Assembly (NCBI GenBank): GCA_031291955.1
Contig: JARLIA010000005.1
Span: 74,034 to 138,033 of the forward strand
From: Minisyncoccota bacterium
GTDB taxonomy: Bacteria; Patescibacteriota; Minisyncoccia; Moranbacterales; UBA2206
DNA: 64,000 nucleotides
Reading direction: 5' to 3'
Shown: positions 60,305 through 64,000 of the stretch, piece after piece
How positions within the stretch are numbered: the stretch's first letter is position 1
Layout: each line of letters begins with the position of its first letter
Notes under the pieces: generated by a model
What the model was told of the DNA's origin: nothing
What the model saw: only the letters and a program-made list of their open reading frames with translations
Database searches by the model: none
Program-made: the position numbers and the translations under genes

Positions 60305-60922
60305 ATGCTTGAACTCGGACAAGACATTTTTCAGTTTCTTCATCAATACGGCTATTTCGTCATGCTACCGCTTATGGTGATTGAGGGGCCGGTAGTGACG
60401 ATCATTGCCGCCATGTTGGCCTCGCTCGGCGCGTTCAATGTTTTCGCGGTTTTCGGTTTTTCCGTTTTGGGAGATCTTATTGGTGACGTAATTTTCTATT
60501 CTTTAGGCTGGAAATTCGGGATGGAGTTTGTGCGCGGATTCGGAAAATATTTGGGAATTACCGAAAGTCTAGTGCTCAAAATGGAAAAATATTTTGCCCG
60601 GCATGGCGGAAAAACCATCTTCGCCGTCAAATCTACGACCGGTCTTTGCTGGGCCACTTTCACGGCGGCGGGCATCGTGAAGATGGATTTCAAAAAATTC
60701 CTGAAATATTCTTTTTACGGCGGCTTGGTCTGGAGCGCTCTTTTGGTGGCTCTGGGGTATTTCTACGGCTATCTCTGGCGGGAAATTAAAACGTACATTG
60801 AATGGATCGGGTATGTGATTTTCTTTGCCGGCATCGCCACTATCGTGATTGTCAATATTTGGAAAGGCCGGGAGGCCAAACGGATTTTGGCGGAAAAAAA
60901 TAACGCCGAAGAAAATGAATAA
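60305..60922 (+). CDS. DedA-family membrane protein
   Basis: YGYFVMLPLMVIEGPVVTIIA and a multi-TM layout typical of DedA/SNARE-associated proteins. Confidence 0.8.
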   Translation: MLELGQDIFQFLHQYGYFVMLPLMVIEGPVVTIIAAMLASLGAFNVFAVFGFSVLGDLIGDVIFYSLGWKFGMEFVRGFGKYLGITESLVLKMEKYFARHGGKTIFAVKSTTGLCWATFTAAGIVKMDFKKFLKYSFYGGLVWSALLVALGYFYGYLWREIKTYIEWIGYVIFFAGIATIVIVNIWKGREAKRILAEKNNAEENE

Positions 60923-62057
60923 TCTTCAAAAAATCCGGGGCATTATTCTTTCGGATTTCAGGGCTTGCTATCGTCCGCAAGGCATTTTGGCTTCCAATCT
61001 TAACTTCAGCGATTTCTGGGCCCGGGACAGTTTTTGGGCATCGCTTGGAATGCTTCATGCCGGCGTCGACGTGGAAAAAGTGCGGGACTCGCTAGAACTT
61101 TTTTTGAAATATCAAAGAGAGGACGGCAAGATTCCGCGGAAAATCGTTCTGGACTACAATGGCCTGAAATACCTCGGCGCGAGAATCAAGCGGCGCGTGC
61201 CGCGCCCGATTTATTCCTCTTCGCTCAAATGGAATTTTTCGGTCGATGATAACCTGCTTTTCGCCATCGCTTTTTGCCGCTGGGTCGAAAAAACAGGGGA
61301 CACGGCTTTTGCCGAAAAATATTTTTCCCATGTGGCGCGTGCTTTGGAATTTTACGCGAAAAAGAATCTGCTCCGGGAGGATCTGATCTTTGAGACCGGT
61401 TTTGCCAATTGGGAGGATACGATTTATAAAAAGGGTTTCGTTTTATATTCCAACTGTCTTTGGTACGAAGCGGTGCGGAGTTTTGAAAAATTATGTGATA
61501 GATTAGAAAAAAATCACGAAAGCAAGATTCCGAATTCAGCTATGATTGTTTTTCAGATCCGAGACAAATTCTGGTTGGACGACAAAAATTATTTTGCTGA
61601 CAGTACCGTTGAAAATAAACCGGAGAAATATTTCGATCTGGCCGGAAATGCATTGGCAATCATTTTTGATATCGCCCATCCAGAGCAGGCGGAAAAAATA
61701 TTGCAGAATATAAATAATGAAAATGTTCTGCATCCCATAAATTATCCGCACTATCCATGGCATAAAATCAGCCCAGTGCTGTTTCTTTTCGGCATCCAAG
61801 ATTATCAGAACGGCATCTCTTGGTCCTGGATTGAAGCGCTTCTTATTCTCGCTCAACTCAAAGTGGGCAAAACGGAAGAAGCGAAAAAAACTTTTGAAAA
61901 CTTCGCGGAAATAATTTCCAAAAATAATCACATCCACGAAACTTACTTTCTCGACGGCCGACCGTTCGATCACTTGTTTTGGAAATCAGCCGTTCCCTTC
62001 GCCTGGGGCGCCGGGCTTCTACTTTGGACAATCTCCGAGTTGGAAAAAATCGCTTAA
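60915..62057 (+). CDS. (alpha/alpha)6-barrel glycoside hydrolase, glycogen-debranching (GDE_C)-like
   Basis: FSDFWARDSFWASLGML motif. The ATG at 60915 overlaps the DedA stop. Confidence 0.6.
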   Translation: MNNLQKIRGIILSDFRACYRPQGILASNLNFSDFWARDSFWASLGMLHAGVDVEKVRDSLELFLKYQREDGKIPRKIVLDYNGLKYLGARIKRRVPRPIYSSSLKWNFSVDDNLLFAIAFCRWVEKTGDTAFAEKYFSHVARALEFYAKKNLLREDLIFETGFANWEDTIYKKGFVLYSNCLWYEAVRSFEKLCDRLEKNHESKIPNSAMIVFQIRDKFWLDDKNYFADSTVENKPEKYFDLAGNALAIIFDIAHPEQAEKILQNINNENVLHPINYPHYPWHKISPVLFLFGIQDYQNGISWSWIEALLILAQLKVGKTEEAKKTFENFAEIISKNNHIHETYFLDGRPFDHLFWKSAVPFAWGAGLLLWTISELEKIA

Positions 62058-62143
62058 GAATTTCCGCCGCCGGAATATTTCGGGAAATGGTTCTTCTTTT
62101 GGGCGGCGGCCATCGCGCATTATCTGGATGGCTGACTGCAGCT

Positions 62144-62190
62144 AAGTCCGGGCGAGGAATTTCCTCTGCCCGGACTTGTTTTATTTTTTG
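62144..62190 (+). terminator. rho-independent terminator
   Basis: AAGTCCGGGC...GCCCGGACTT 10-bp stem with an inner GAGG/CCTC stem, followed by a T tract. Confidence 0.7.
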
Positions 62191-62231
62191 GATATAGTAG
62201 GCTTTAAAAAGCCTATCAAACCCTAGCCCGG

Positions 62232-62259
62232 TTGCTTAAACCGCGCTTTGGGGTAGAAT
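62232..62259 (+). promoter_or_regulatory. promoter (TTGCTT, 16-nt spacer, TAGAAT), probably giving a leaderless mRNA
   Basis: The -10 element ends 7 nt before the ATG at 62267. Confidence 0.5.
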
Positions 62260-62266
62260 ATAAAGT

Positions 62267-63088
62267 ATGGTCGAACGATTATTTAAGAAAGTCAAAAGCG
62301 TGCTCCTGGCGGACCCGGAGCTTTTATATAAGGAAGAGCGTAAATTGGCCAATCAGCCTTTTTATTTTCCCGGTGAAAACGGCCAGGCGGTCCTGTTGAT
62401 TCATGGCTGGACATCGGTGCCGTATGAAGTGCGGCGACTGGGGATATATCTCAATGAAAACGGCTACACCGTTTCCGGCCCGATGCTTCGCGGTCACGGG
62501 ACTGTGCCTAAAGACTTGGAGCGCGTCAAATGGACGGAATGGCTCCACGACGTGACGGCCGCTTACGACGAGCTCAAAAAAAACCATGAGAAAGTTTACG
62601 TGATCGGGACTTCCATCGGCGCTAGCCTTGCTGTCATCCTGGCTAAGAACCGTCAAGATGTCGCCGGAATGGTTCTTTTGGCCATGCCATACAAGATCCG
62701 GTTGGAGCGGACGGCTATTCTCCTCGCGAAACTTTCAAGTCTTTTTAGGAAGTACAACAAAAAATATTACCCGCCCACTTTCGGCGTCTCCACTACCATC
62801 ACCCGCGTCATTTCCTATCAGACCTACCCTATAAAATCCGCTTTGGAAGTTTTCGAACTGATAAAAATCTCGAGAAAAGAATTGCCCAAAGTCAAACAGC
62901 CATGTCTTCTTATGGAGTCGACCAGCGACCATATCACCGCCCGGAAAAATCTTGATATAATCCATAAAAAGATCGGTTCTAAAGTGAAAGAGAAAAAATA
63001 CATTCCGCGGGCGTACCACACTTTCATTTCGGACATTAAGAATGAAGGAGTGTTTGAAGATATATTGAATTTTATTGAAGAGAATTAA
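62267..63088 (+). CDS. alpha/beta-hydrolase (carboxylesterase / lysophospholipase-like)
   Basis: LLIHGWTS oxyanion region and nucleophile elbow GTSIGAS. Asp and His candidates (STSDH, AYHTF). Confidence 0.8.
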   Translation: MVERLFKKVKSVLLADPELLYKEERKLANQPFYFPGENGQAVLLIHGWTSVPYEVRRLGIYLNENGYTVSGPMLRGHGTVPKDLERVKWTEWLHDVTAAYDELKKNHEKVYVIGTSIGASLAVILAKNRQDVAGMVLLAMPYKIRLERTAILLAKLSSLFRKYNKKYYPPTFGVSTTITRVISYQTYPIKSALEVFELIKISRKELPKVKQPCLLMESTSDHITARKNLDIIHKKIGSKVKEKKYIPRAYHTFISDIKNEGVFEDILNFIEEN

Positions 63089-64000
63089 TGAATATTGCCA
63101 TCTTCACCAACAACTATCTTCCCAATCCCTATGGCGTAACTGGATCGGTTGAATCTTTTAGGAAAGAATTTGAAAAACGGGGGCACGCCGTTTTTATTTT
63201 CGCGCCGCGTTTTCCGGAATATGTTGATCGGAATCCGAATGTTTTCCGCTATCCGGCCATCGAAACCAATTTTAAATTCCGCTTTCCGTTGGCCATTCCG
63301 TATTCGTTCAGGATTCATAAAATTCTCAAAGATCTTGAAATCGACATTATCCATGCCCAGCATCCCAATCTTTTGGGCTCGGCGGCGGCGCGTTGGGCGA
63401 GAAAATTTACCCGCCGGCGAGGCGGGAAGAAAGTCCCACTGGTTTTTACCTGGCACACGCTCTACGACCACTACGCCCATTTTGCCAAATTCGTGCCGAA
63501 AAAATTGGCAGCCGGCTACATGATTAAAAAAGCCGCCCGTTATGCCAACCAGGCCGACGCGGTGGTGGTGCCAACTGATTCGATCATACCCATCCTGCGG
63601 AAATGGGGCGTAACGAATAAAAATATAATCCCGGTCGCGACGGGTGTGATTGAGGAAGAATTTGAAAATCCCGACCGCGAAGTTATCCGGAAAAAATATA
63701 ATATATCCAATGAAAATATTGTTTTGATTTTGATCACCCGGCTGACCGCCGAAAAAAATATCGAGTTTTTGTTTAGGGCAGTGAAAGATATTCTCAAGAA
63801 AAATAAAAATATTAAATTCATTCTGGGCGGCGGCGGGTATCTCCTGCCGGAAATAGAAAAACTGGCGCGGGAGGAAAATATTTCCGCGCAAGTGATTTTG
63901 CCAGGCGTGATTGCGCGAAACGAACTGAAAAACTATTTCGCGGCCGGCGATATTCTGGTGGACGCGTCACTTTCGGAAACGCAAGGGATGCATCTTTCTG
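63088..64000 (+). CDS. GT4-family glycosyltransferase, 3'-truncated by the window edge (absent from the supplied ORF track)
   Basis: My own translation from ATG 63088 (TAATG overlap) is open to base 64000: MNIAIFTNNYLPNPYGVTGSVESF...IIHAQHPNLLG...LVFTWHTLYDHY...RLTAEKNIEFL...ASLSETQG. The 63085..63891 minus-strand ORF is its antisense shadow. Confidence 0.8.
   Translation, partial: MNIAIFTNNYLPNPYGVTGSVESFRKEFEKRGHAVFIFAPRFPEYVDRNPNVFRYPAIETNFKFRFPLAIPYSFRIHKILKDLEIDIIHAQHPNLLGSAAARWARKFTRRRGGKKVPLVFTWHTLYDHYAHFAKFVPKKLAAGYMIKKAARYANQADAVVVPTDSIIPILRKWGVTNKNIIPVATGVIEEEFENPDREVIRKKYNISNENIVLILITRLTAEKNIEFLFRAVKDILKKNKNIKFILGGGGYLLPEIEKLAREENISAQVILPGVIARNELKNYFAAGDILVDASLSETQGMHLS

Overview
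The window looks like a gene-dense piece of a small-genome, single-membrane bacterium, probably of the CPR/Patescibacteria (Parcubacteria-like) type. That placement is inferred from gene content only. Supporting signs are a type IV pilus operon without a secretin, archaeal-type sugar enzymes and many short conserved hypotheticals. No rRNA genes, CRISPR array, transposase or integrase are visible.

Left to right the window contains:
- a phosphomannomutase tail, trpS, a stand-alone type IV pilin and a CBS-domain membrane protein
- two tandem RNase J paralogs, manC, and divergent guaB/guaA followed by an amidohydrolase
- a cupin-type glucose-6-phosphate isomerase, an orphan family-5 substrate-binding protein, secG and a holin-like membrane protein
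- a nucleotide-excision-repair cluster: uvrB, a 1 kb non-coding island, lexA, uvrA, a compact uvrC and a second uvrA
- a CIRCE operator with groEL but no groES, then a 913-aa surface protein
- a histidine kinase and receiver followed by pilB, pilC, three pilin-like genes, pilM, pilN and pilO
- a minus-strand tRNA block, then VanW, Hsp20 and tsaD
- an ECF sigma / anti-sigma pair, tRNA-Glu, and an alpha-glucan (glycogen) metabolism cluster running to the window edge

Strongest unusual signals, all read directly from the sequence:
1. At 47333-47620 (minus strand) an intact tRNA-Arg(UCG) lies inside the D loop of a second tRNA-like gene. That second gene lies inside the anticodon loop of a third tRNA gene. 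GC-rich helix-forming linkers with homologous cores sit at each level.
2. Perfect or near-perfect palindromic modules are inserted in frame at non-conserved positions of uvrA, uvrB, uvrC and tsaD, comparable to Rickettsia palindromic elements (RPE).
3. A 12-mer containing a perfect DnaA-box consensus (AGTTATCCACAG) recurs and is coupled to GCGCTTGC-type promoters.
4. A promoter/terminator-delimited structured RNA candidate of about 320 nt sits next to a small zinc-ribbon ORF.
5. Intergenic regions are built from word-stutter imperfect palindromes that share exact 13-24-mers between distant loci.

Function calls rest on motifs I recognise by eye. No database search or folding computation was run.
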